Shown one piece after another: positions 45,968 to 53,929 of a stretch of DNA of 64,000 bases. Under the pieces are notes generated by a model. The model saw nothing but the letters and a program-made list of their open reading frames with translations, was not told where the DNA came from and ran no database searches. Numbering within the stretch: the first letter of the stretch is position 1; every line of letters starts with the position of its first letter. Position numbers and translations under genes: made by a program. The stretch is from sequence record MK250028.1; one strand, 5' to 3'.

Positions 45968-46837
45968 ATGAAGACTATAGATCTTATTAATGGTAATAAG
46001 TCAGAAGTAAAGTATGAACTTACTACATTCCCTGATGGTGAACCACATATTAAGTTCCTTGATGATATTAATCGTAAGGATTCTTATAATGTTAAGTGTC
46101 GTATTACAAATCCATCAGAGTTGTTCGTTGTAATGCAAGTTGGACATATTCTTAAGCGTCAGGGTGTAGAGTTTAATCTTCATATTCTGTATCTTATGAG
46201 TATGCGTATGGATCGTGTTATTAATTTCAATGAAGCTTTTACATTGGAGATTGTTGCTAACATGATTAATAGTTTTGAAGCTGAACATGTGTATATTTTT
46301 GAAGCACATTCTGAACGTACATTTAAGTTGATTAAGAATTCTGAACCATATTATGTATTGAGTATGTGTGAAGATTATAATAAGATGCGTAAAGATTGTT
46401 ATGAAGCAGAAAATGCAGTTATTTGTTTCCCTGATCATGGTGCATATGAGCGTTATTCAAAGGATTTCTATCCAACATCTGCATACATTTGTATGAATAA
46501 AGTTAGAGACCTTGATAATAAGGGCGTTATTAAGTCCATGGAGATTTCAAAGATGCAACTTCCATTTATGCATGAGGAAGATGTTGAACAGATTACTATT
46601 GTAGATGATTTGTGTGATGGTGGTGGAACATTCTGTTGGGCTGCTAGTATTCTTAAAGAAAGATTTCCTAAAGCAAAGTTGAATATTTTTGTTAAACATA
46701 TGGTAAATCCTATAGGATTAAAGAAACTTATAGGTTCATTTGATAATGTTTATATTACAGATTCATATAGAGATTGGACATCTGAAATTGAAGTAAATGT
46801 TAATTCAACAGATAAAGTTCATATTATCCATTTGTAA
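45968..46837 (+). CDS. Ribose-phosphate pyrophosphokinase-like protein (PRS/Adps-like)
   Basis: TFPDGEPHI, YLMSMRMDR, FEAHS, CFPDHGAYERY, KVRD and IVDDLCDGGGTF (PRPP-binding loop). Confidence 0.85.
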   Translation: MKTIDLINGNKSEVKYELTTFPDGEPHIKFLDDINRKDSYNVKCRITNPSELFVVMQVGHILKRQGVEFNLHILYLMSMRMDRVINFNEAFTLEIVANMINSFEAEHVYIFEAHSERTFKLIKNSEPYYVLSMCEDYNKMRKDCYEAENAVICFPDHGAYERYSKDFYPTSAYICMNKVRDLDNKGVIKSMEISKMQLPFMHEEDVEQITIVDDLCDGGGTFCWAASILKERFPKAKLNIFVKHMVNPIGLKKLIGSFDNVYITDSYRDWTSEIEVNVNSTDKVHIIHL

Positions 46838-46929
46838 AAAATATAAAGTCTAGATGATTTTCTTGATTATCTAGACTTTTTCTTTTTAACCTAATATATA
46901 ATATATAATTAATTTTTAATAATAAGAAT

Positions 46930-47532
46930 ATGAAAGAAAACGAATTTATTGATGAAGTCGACGAGACAGAAGTAAATCCAGATATTGAAAATAATAACAC
47001 AGAAGATACAAGTTCAGATATTAATGAAGATGATATTGTTACAGATGAAGATGATAATGAGTATGTAACAAAAGAATATGCTGATAATCTTATTAATGAA
47101 CTTAATAAAGCAAAGCAAGAAGCAAAATCATGGAAAGATCGTTATACATATCTTTATTCTGATTGGGATACATATAAGCGTAGAGTATTAAGAGAAAAAG
47201 ATAATATTTCTAAATATGGAAGTGAGAAAGTGATTAAGGATATTCTTCCTATTATTGATGATTTTGATAGAGCATTTATGCATATGTCTGATGAGCAGAA
47301 GGAAGGAATTTCTATTATTTACAAGAATTTTATTTCTGTATTGGAGAATCATGATGTTACTATCATTCCTGCAAATCATGGTGATGATTTTAATGATAAT
47401 CTTCATGAAGCTGTTTCAGTTGTACCTTCAATGGATGATAGTGAGAAAGGTAAGATTGCTGATTGTATCACAAAGGGATATATGTTGCATGATAAAGTTA
47501 TTAGATATGCAAAGGTAATTGTATTCAATTAA
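46930..47532 (+). CDS. grpE: GrpE nucleotide exchange factor
   Basis: Acidic N-terminus, YLYSDWDTYKRR, ILPIIDDFDRA, FNDNLHEAV and KGYMLHDKVIRYAKVIV. Confidence 0.92.
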   Translation: MKENEFIDEVDETEVNPDIENNNTEDTSSDINEDDIVTDEDDNEYVTKEYADNLINELNKAKQEAKSWKDRYTYLYSDWDTYKRRVLREKDNISKYGSEKVIKDILPIIDDFDRAFMHMSDEQKEGISIIYKNFISVLENHDVTIIPANHGDDFNDNLHEAVSVVPSMDDSEKGKIADCITKGYMLHDKVIRYAKVIVFN

Positions 47533-47776
47533 TATATCTAATATCATCGTCATCATATAATTGTTTAAGCATATCATCAATATTCAATTTTTGAAATTGT
47601 TTCTACTATATACTCATATCAAAATTAAATCTATTTTCTGATTTATTATATTTTGCAATAGTTTTATCAAAATCAAATTGATTATCAGTATCAAATATAG
47701 AACGGAGTGTATAGTTTTTACCATTATGACGTAATGTTTTTACAAATTCTCTATTAGTTGGATATTTTCTATTCAT
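47525..47776 (-). CDS. Small TAG-recoded hypothetical protein (83 aa)
   Basis: ATG 47776 to TGA 47525 with two tandem TAG. AATAAATA upstream on the minus strand. Confidence 0.5.
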
Positions 47777-47913
47777 CTTTAAATATATACATTAATTATA
47801 ATTTATTTATTCAGAATTGTTAATGAATATTAAATATAGAAAATAACTAAGTAAATATTTTTATATTTAGAAAATATGTTGTATCTTTGCAGGGTTAATA
47901 ATTATTAAAGAAT

Positions 47914-48444
47914 ATGAATACAAATGAAGCAAAAGTAATCAACTGGTTTGATATTAAGGATGATGTAAAAGTCATTAATGAGAATACTAAACATAAAAAT
48001 AATGTTGAGAATAAAGTAAAACATAATCATGCAAATAATATTAATATATTTGATGGGCCTATTCAAGTAAATCATGCTATTTGCAAAAAAACTACTGCAA
48101 AGATTATTGAGTCATTTGAAAGTGTACTTGTACATAATGTAGCTGATAAAGTAAAGTATCATTGTGATGGTGGCATCTTTAATGGTAAGACAGTTTGTAT
48201 TAAATGTCGTGCTAATGCATATAATACAGGTGGAAACTTTACATTTACAGAAGATGATTTAACAGCGGATATGATTGCTGTTTATTACTATGATGAGAAT
48301 AGTAATCTTGGACATTGGTTTATTTGTGATAGAAATCGTTTGAGCAAGAATAAGATAAAACAATCACAAAATATTTATATTGTTCATCAAGATTATATTA
48401 AGAAACATGCATGGTGTGAATATACGGTAACGTTTAATAAATAA
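47914..48444 (+). CDS. Hypothetical early protein
   Basis: 176-aa ORF behind the GTATCTTTG box at 47881. Confidence 0.7.
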   Translation: MNTNEAKVINWFDIKDDVKVINENTKHKNNVENKVKHNHANNINIFDGPIQVNHAICKKTTAKIIESFESVLVHNVADKVKYHCDGGIFNGKTVCIKCRANAYNTGGNFTFTEDDLTADMIAVYYYDENSNLGHWFICDRNRLSKNKIKQSQNIYIVHQDYIKKHAWCEYTVTFNK

Positions 48445-48545
48445 TTTTTAATTTTTTGAGAAAAAAGTTTGTAAAATTATAGACTTTTGAAAAAAATTTA
48501 GATATATATTATATAGAATAAATTAAAATAATAAATAAGATAATT

Positions 48546-48752
48546 ATGAAAACTTTAAATATGACATATTGTATGCATCCAGTTTGTGGTATGATTCACA
48601 TGTTCCCATGTGGAGGTGGACGACTTATGTCTTTACTTGAGGATTTAAAGTTTTTTTGTATGTTGCAATCATAACCGGTTAACTCAACATATATACAATT
48701 TTTAAACCTCAAGTAGAAAATATCAGAAAATCTACTTGAGGTTTTATTTTTT
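48546..48752 (+). promoter_or_regulatory. Putative leader-peptide attenuator (42-aa leader ORF 48546-48674, antiterminator and terminator) before the tRNA array
   Basis: CCTCAAGTAGA (48707-17) can pair with TACTTGAGG (48634-42, inside the leader ORF). It can instead pair with TCTACTTGAGG (48731-41), which is followed by a T tract. Confidence 0.6.
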
Positions 48753-48757
48753 AATAT

Positions 48758-48831
48758 GGTCCGTCTGGTGTAATTGGTAACATGACAGATTGTGGTTCTG
48801 TTGTTCAGGGTTCGAGCCCCTAACGTGACCC
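48758..48831 (+). tRNA. tRNA-His (GUG), imperfect acceptor and T stems
   Basis: Anticodon arm ACAGA-TTGTGGT-TCTGT and T loop TTCGAGC. Confidence 0.75.
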
Positions 48832-48849
48832 AAAATATTATTAATATTT

Positions 48850-48926
48850 AGCGTAGTGGCCCAGTTGGTCTAAGGCACCTGTTTTGGGAACAGGTTAGAT
48901 CGCACGTTCGAATCGTGTCTACGCTA
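48850..48926 (+). tRNA. tRNA-Pro (UGG)
   Basis: AGCGTAG/CTACGCT acceptor, CCTGT-TTTGGGA-ACAGG and GCACG-TTCGAAT-CGTGT. Confidence 0.9.
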
Positions 48927-49040
48927 CAGAATAGAGTTCTTATGTTATCCTTACATAACTAAAAGAACTAAAACTTAAGATGGTAAGGCATCTATATAAT
49001 GGAAGTTCACGCCCAAGGGAAGATTTATAAGTTATAATTT

Positions 49041-49115
49041 ACTCTGTTAACTCAATTGGATTAGAGTATTTCGCTACGAACGAAAAGGTTGTGAGTTCGA
49101 TTCTTACACAGAGTA
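49041..49115 (+). tRNA. tRNA-Arg (ACG)
   Basis: ACTCTGT/ACAGAGT acceptor, TTTCG-CTACGAA-CGAAA and GTGAG-TTCGATT-CTTAC. Confidence 0.9.
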
Positions 49116-49124
49116 CAAGTAAAT

Positions 49125-49198
49125 ATCTCTATAGCTCAAAAGAATAGAGCAGTTCTCTCCTAAAGAACAGATAACAGTTTGATTCTGTTTGGAGATAC
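49125..49198 (+). tRNA. tRNA-Arg (CCU), atypical T loop
   Basis: ATCTCTA/TGGAGAT acceptor and GTTCT-CTCCTAA-AGAAC. T loop reads TTTTGATT. Confidence 0.75.
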
Positions 49199-49269
49199 AA
49201 ACAAAATTAACATTATTAATATAGACTTTTATCTATTAATGGAATATATTATAATGTAATTTGAATTTT

Positions 49270-49705
49270 AAAATACTATTAAAATGTGGGGAGTAGAGTT
49301 CCCATCATTTAAAGAGTTTCGAGAAGAAGGTATTGTATGTAAAAGCATTAAGTTTCGTTTAGCTGACGAAATGTTACCAAGTGGTGATGGTATTCATGTA
49401 CATAGGTCCATCCGTATAACTTCAGGGAATCGTAAGCATTAATCTTGGAGAGTACAGTTTTTAGTCTGAAATGACGAATTTTCCTACTGGTTGCTCAATA
49501 TGATATTAAGAGTCGGAGATAATTATTTGTAAGTTCCACAATTACGAGAGGAAAATGGAATTAAGTTGAAGGAATAACGTGATTATTCTTGGTGTGATTA
49601 GGAGAACGAAAATAACCAGTATGTATGGTGTACGTGTGCATACAGAAACAAAGCAAATAATAGCCCTTAGAGAATTTGCCGAGTAAAGGACATTAATAGT
49701 ATTTT
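49270..49705 (+). ncRNA. Unidentified ~436-nt structured RNA inside the tRNA array
   Basis: Perfect 13-bp closing helix AAAATACTATTAA/TTAATAGTATTTT, internal long-range pair TACTGGTT/AACCAGTA, several hairpins and no credible sense ORF. Confidence 0.55.
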
Positions 49706-49714
49706 TATTTATTT

Positions 49715-49792
49715 GCAGTATTGGTGTAGCTGGAGGCGCATTCCTGACTTCCACTCAGGCGGCTTGCGCGAGTTCGATTCTCGCATACTGCT
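49715..49792 (+). tRNA. tRNA-Gly (UCC)
   Basis: GCAGTAT/ATACTGC acceptor with U73, and CCTGA-CTTCCAC-TCAGG. Confidence 0.85.
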
Positions 49793-50001
49793 CATAATAA
49801 GGTAGAGTATCAATGAATGATAGAGAATAAGTTCCTGTCTGAGATCAACCTATCTGTAGTATTTAGATAATTTTATGTATACATAAAATTATAACGAAGT
49901 TTATATTACCTGTAGTCGTAATATTCAAATCGTTCGTTGACATAGTTATTCCGTGATGTAGTAGAGAGTTATAATCAGCATATAACAAACGGAATATTTT
50001 T

Positions 50002-50074
50002 GCGGAAGTATATCAATGGCTAGATAGATACGTTGCCAACGTATAGGTTGTGAGTTCGAGTCTCATTTTCCGCT
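50002..50074 (+). tRNA. tRNA-Gly (GCC)
   Basis: GCGGAAG/TTTCCGC acceptor with U73, and ATACG-TTGCCAA-CGTAT. Confidence 0.9.
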
Positions 50075-50218
50075 CTATAAACGTTTCGAGGTTTTAAAGT
50101 TGAATGTACCACCTTGCGCTTGTGTTGCTATTCACCTTTGAGTAATAGTAAAAAACTTATGGTACCAAGGATGTTTTCTACGTTGTTACATCCATTTTTT
50201 TGAATATGATAGAATATG

Positions 50219-50364
50219 AGAGTCAATACAGCAAATTAAATTGATAGATAATGTTTGAAGATTATACACAAAAAGACTCTTGAATCAAATTATAATGGGA
50301 GGCAATACAGCAAATTTTGTATTAAGGATTATTTTGCTAAAATAATATTCTATACGCCTCCTGA
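50219..50364 (+). repeat. Two tandem small structured elements sharing AATACAGCAAATT
   Basis: AGAGTC...GACTCT-TGA (50219-50283) and GGAGGC...GCCTCC-TGA (50298-50364). Each has the same 13-mer after the 5' stem and an internal hairpin. Confidence 0.6.
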
Positions 50365-50369
50365 TACTT

Positions 50370-50452
50370 GACGAGTTGCTGAGAATTGGTTAATCGCACG
50401 GTCTGCAAAACCGTTGGTCTTTGACATGTCGGTTCGAGTCCGACACTCGTCT
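50370..50452 (+). tRNA. tRNA-Cys (GCA) with a long variable region
   Basis: GACGAGT/ACTCGTC acceptor with U73, ACGGT-CTGCAAA-ACCGT, and a 13-nt variable region TGGTCTTTGACAT. Confidence 0.85.
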
Positions 50453-50485
50453 CTTTAGATTAATATTTTAAAATACTATTATAAG

Positions 50486-50746
50486 ATGAAGAAATTATTT
50501 TCTTTTATATTTTATACAATAATGATTACATCATTATTTGGATGTGCAACAAAACAAGATACAATTAATTATCTTAATAATTATGTACATAAAAATATTT
50601 CTGAAAATTGTATAAACATTTTCAGTAATCAAAGATATAATGAATATATTGATACTGTTACTAATATTAAATATTATGTTTATATAGATTATAATAGTAA
50701 CATCAATATAACAGATAAAAGATTTCCGAGGTATACAGCTCGTTAA
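50486..50746 (+). CDS. Small lipoprotein-like protein
   Basis: MKK, a hydrophobic stretch and lipobox LFGC. Confidence 0.55.
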   Translation: MKKLFSFIFYTIMITSLFGCATKQDTINYLNNYVHKNISENCINIFSNQRYNEYIDTVTNIKYYVYIDYNSNINITDKRFPRYTAR

Positions 50747-51044
50747 AAGAGGTTGACTTGTATATTCTACATTACCTACTGTATAACAATATATGAGTGT
50801 ACATGTGAAAAGATACACCATGTTCTATTAATATAAAAATGTACATATATAGGGTAACAATTATATTAATATCAGATGCATGACATATATGAATATAATA
50901 ACGAATTCGTGAAATGACTATTGTTTTTAGTTGCTTGGAAACGGCGAACTTAGTTTTATCAATAGAGGAAGTATAATATTAAAACAGTTAAATGTAAATC
51001 TTTCTGAGACAATGGGGACAACTTGTAGTAAGAGAGTATTTTTA

Positions 51045-51159
51045 GCTAGTATAGTTTAGTGGCAAAACACCCAAATCCCAGGGATAAGAGATGGTTTGAG
51101 TTGTAGTGTACAATACAATATACAGAAGATTTTGGTGAGTTCGATTCTCACTGCTAGCT
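51045..51159 (+). ncRNA. tRNA-like RNA with a 65-nt insertion replacing the anticodon arm
   Basis: Acceptor GCTAGTA/TGCTAGC-U, D arm GTTT-AGTGGCA-AAAC and T arm GTGAG-TTCGATT-CTCAC. No canonical anticodon arm. Confidence 0.65.
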
Positions 51160-51165
51160 CAATAT

Positions 51166-51293
51166 GAAGTGCGTAGTTTAAATGGTAAAACATCCTTTGA
51201 GTAGGACTCTGACGAGAGATAGATAACAATGTTAGACTCTATTTAATTCCATTGTTTTATTAATGAGTATAGGTTCGAATCCTATGGTACTTC
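51166..51293 (+). ncRNA. tRNA-like RNA with a 76-nt multibranched insertion
   Basis: GAAGTGC/GTACTTC acceptor-like helix, D arm GTTT-AAATGGTA-AAAC and T arm ATAGG-TTCGAAT-CCTAT. Confidence 0.65.
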
Positions 51294-51583
51294 CAAATTT
51301 ATATAGATAAAAAGATTCTGGTGATTAGATAAAACATTATAAGAAAAGAGAAAAAACTTAGGTAACTGCAGATAACTAAGGGTCGTAAGAGTATATGAAG
51401 AAAGATGAACTATGGATACCTCCTTATAATGCGTTTTATCAATAATTAAAGTAGTCTATAATATAAGTTCATTAACGTTATAGAAAAAACGAATATTGAT
51501 AAGTCTACTATGCAGATGGGGCATTGAGAATGCCGTATAGTTCTAAAGCATCGTAAAACAGTTTATTTATATATTTTTAATAT

Positions 51584-51658
51584 GGCTAGATAGCTCAGTT
51601 CGGTTAGAGCGCGTGATTCATATCCACGAGGTCGTGTGTTCGATCCACACTCTTGCTA
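51584..51658 (+). tRNA. tRNA with CAU anticodon (elongator Met or Ile2)
   Basis: GGCTAGA/TCTTGCT acceptor, CGTGA-TTCATAT-CCACG and GTGTG-TTCGATC-CACAC. Lacks initiator hallmarks. Confidence 0.85.
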
Positions 51659-51771
51659 CAGTGTTTTTAGTTGTTTATTAATGATTTGAGATATATCAAT
51701 TTTTGGTATATCTCTTTTTTATTTAGAAAATAATTTGTATCTTTGTATTATTAATTTAAATTTAATAGATT

Positions 51772-52263
51772 ATGAAGAAATATAAAGTATATCAACTTCG
51801 TCGAGAAAATGAAGTTATTATCGATGATAATGAAATATATGATGCAAGAATGAAAGTTATTGCAGAGTATGAAATTAAATCAGATAGAATTGATTTTGAT
51901 ATTATTTCAGAAGATATATGGCATTTATGTAATGTTCATTGTTGGGATAGATCATGGCATGCAGGTGAAGGTGTTCAGAAAGATGATATTATATTAACTC
52001 CTACATCTGACTTTGATGGTTTCTGTAATAGTGATATTGTCGTAGAAACAGAAGATGGACTTTATCTTGCAGAATCATTTGGATTTATGAAAGTAAATTC
52101 GTTAGAAGATGCATCATATAGAATCATTGCGAGATTTCCGTTTATTTCGTGGGATAATATGAGAAATAAGAATGAATATGATAAAGATAAACTATCTGAA
52201 GTAAAACGTAAGATTGATTATGAGAATAAATTGATGTTAGAAGAATATAAAAATAAAAAATAA
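51772..52263 (+). CDS. Hypothetical early protein
   Basis: 163-aa ORF behind the GTATCTTTG box at 51737. Confidence 0.72.
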   Translation: MKKYKVYQLRRENEVIIDDNEIYDARMKVIAEYEIKSDRIDFDIISEDIWHLCNVHCWDRSWHAGEGVQKDDIILTPTSDFDGFCNSDIVVETEDGLYLAESFGFMKVNSLEDASYRIIARFPFISWDNMRNKNEYDKDKLSEVKRKIDYENKLMLEEYKNKK

Positions 52264-52368
52264 TTTTTTGGAATAATTTCTCCTAAATATTTTTTTATTT
52301 AAAAAAGAACATGTATCTTTGTATTGTAAATAATAAACATATAATAAACAATTAAAAATATAAAAATT

Positions 52369-52806
52369 ATGGCAACAGTTAAGATTTCTCCAGCACAGGT
52401 TTTTCCAGTAGCAAACAAGATTCGTGCAGCAAAGCACATCTCAATGAAGGAAGCATACGCAGAAGCAAAGGCACAGCTTATTGCTGAAGCAGAGAATGCA
52501 GTTAAGAATGCAAACACATCTGTAGAAACTCCTACTAATGTTGTAGAGATTCCTGTAAATATGGAGTTGCATGCACAGCTTGTAGAGAAGATGCAGAATG
52601 CAAATGTAAAGTTCGTATTCTTGAACAATAAGGGTAAGAAGATTATCACTACTGGTACTTTGAATATGTCAAAGGTTCCTACAAACCGTAAGGTACAGGG
52701 ACGTAAGGAAGCAAAAGATGAGAACACACAGGTATTCTATGATGTTCGTCATGGTGTATATCGTTCATACCAGAAGGATAAGTTGGTAGAGATTATCTCT
52801 AAGTAA
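52369..52806 (+). CDS. Protein with a C-terminal WYL_2/DUF2693-like SH3 barrel
   Basis: VKFVFLNNKGKKIITTGTL...VFYDVRHGVYRSY pattern. Early promoter box at 52313. Confidence 0.55.
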   Translation: MATVKISPAQVFPVANKIRAAKHISMKEAYAEAKAQLIAEAENAVKNANTSVETPTNVVEIPVNMELHAQLVEKMQNANVKFVFLNNKGKKIITTGTLNMSKVPTNRKVQGRKEAKDENTQVFYDVRHGVYRSYQKDKLVEIISK

Positions 52807-53199
52807 AATATTAAGTTATTAGTAACAAACGGAAATAACAGGTTGTTTATTGAATGTAGACAATTTGTTATTTCCTTTATATAATATATAAATCGTTTCT
52901 GATAATAAATATAGAAGTGATTTTTATTTAATATGTTTATGAACTGATATTTTGCTAAGCATATGTCTGAATTGGAAAGCATATGTAATTTTCGTGCAAT
53001 GTTCAATTTTAATTAATTTTAATTTTGATAGGTTAAGGAGTAAGCCTATAAGTGCGAATAATAAAGTCGTATTGAAAATCAAATTTTGATTCCATAAAAG
53101 TTGGAATATGGTTTTTGAAGGCTAAGATGAAGTTATAAGAGATATTTGATATATTTCTTTTCATCGAATAATAAAAAATAACATAGAAACAATTAATTT

Positions 53200-53802
53200 A
53201 TGAAGAAAAAAATGATGTTAAAGAAAATTTTATTATTTACGCTATTGTTTTTATTACCTTTCATATCAATAAATGCCAGAACTATTGATAGTAATAATAA
53301 TGCGTATGAAGAAGTAAATACAAAGACAACTACAGTAGTTAAACATACAAAGTCTAGTATTGAAAATTCACTAGTAGAAGAAGCTAGAACATATATCAAG
53401 TCGTTATATCCTGGTTGTCCAGATATAATTCCTAGTTATATTGTGAAAGCAGGTTTAGCAAATGGTATTGATATTTGTTTTATGCTTGCTCAAACTCAAT
53501 TAGAAACTACCTTTGGAAAGGCAGGTGTGGGAAGAACAACCTCAAGACGTTCTTTGTTTGGTATCGAGAAAAGATACTATAAAAATTATAAAGAGGCTAT
53601 TAATGCGTATGTAGACACATTAAGAACCAAATATTTAGTAAAAGGCCGTACAGAACAACATCTTATGAATAATTATGTTAATAAAGACGGTCATCGTTAT
53701 GCTGGTAATCCTAAGTATGAAAGTCAACTTAAGAAACATTATAATACAATTGCGTCTAAAACAAAAATAAAGCAATTGCAACACCAGTACAAGAGATTAT
53801 AA
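53200..53802 (+). CDS. GH73 glucosaminidase-like peptidoglycan hydrolase with an N-terminal signal or anchor
   Basis: MLAQTQLET (catalytic E), SLFGI and YAGNPKYESQL motifs; hydrophobic N-terminus. No TAG. Confidence 0.7.
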   Translation: MKKKMMLKKILLFTLLFLLPFISINARTIDSNNNAYEEVNTKTTTVVKHTKSSIENSLVEEARTYIKSLYPGCPDIIPSYIVKAGLANGIDICFMLAQTQLETTFGKAGVGRTTSRRSLFGIEKRYYKNYKEAINAYVDTLRTKYLVKGRTEQHLMNNYVNKDGHRYAGNPKYESQLKKHYNTIASKTKIKQLQHQYKRL

Positions 53803-53929
53803 TTTTGAATAATCTCAAATCTTCTAGCAAATCAATTTATTCATATTAAATATAAAACAAGGGTAATGTTCATGTTATTTGAGCATTACCCTTTTCTAAT
53901 AAATATAATAAAGAAATTTTATTAAACAG

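Noticed and set aside
49542-49754. 70-aa minus-strand ORF in the tRNA array
   Set aside because: It is antisense to tRNA-Gly and the structured RNA, with no recognisable protein features.
51209-51215. CTGACGA resembling a hammerhead ribozyme core
   Set aside because: No downstream GAAA and NUH arrangement with the three required stems is visible, and the motif is part of a simple CTCT-GACG-AGAG hairpin.
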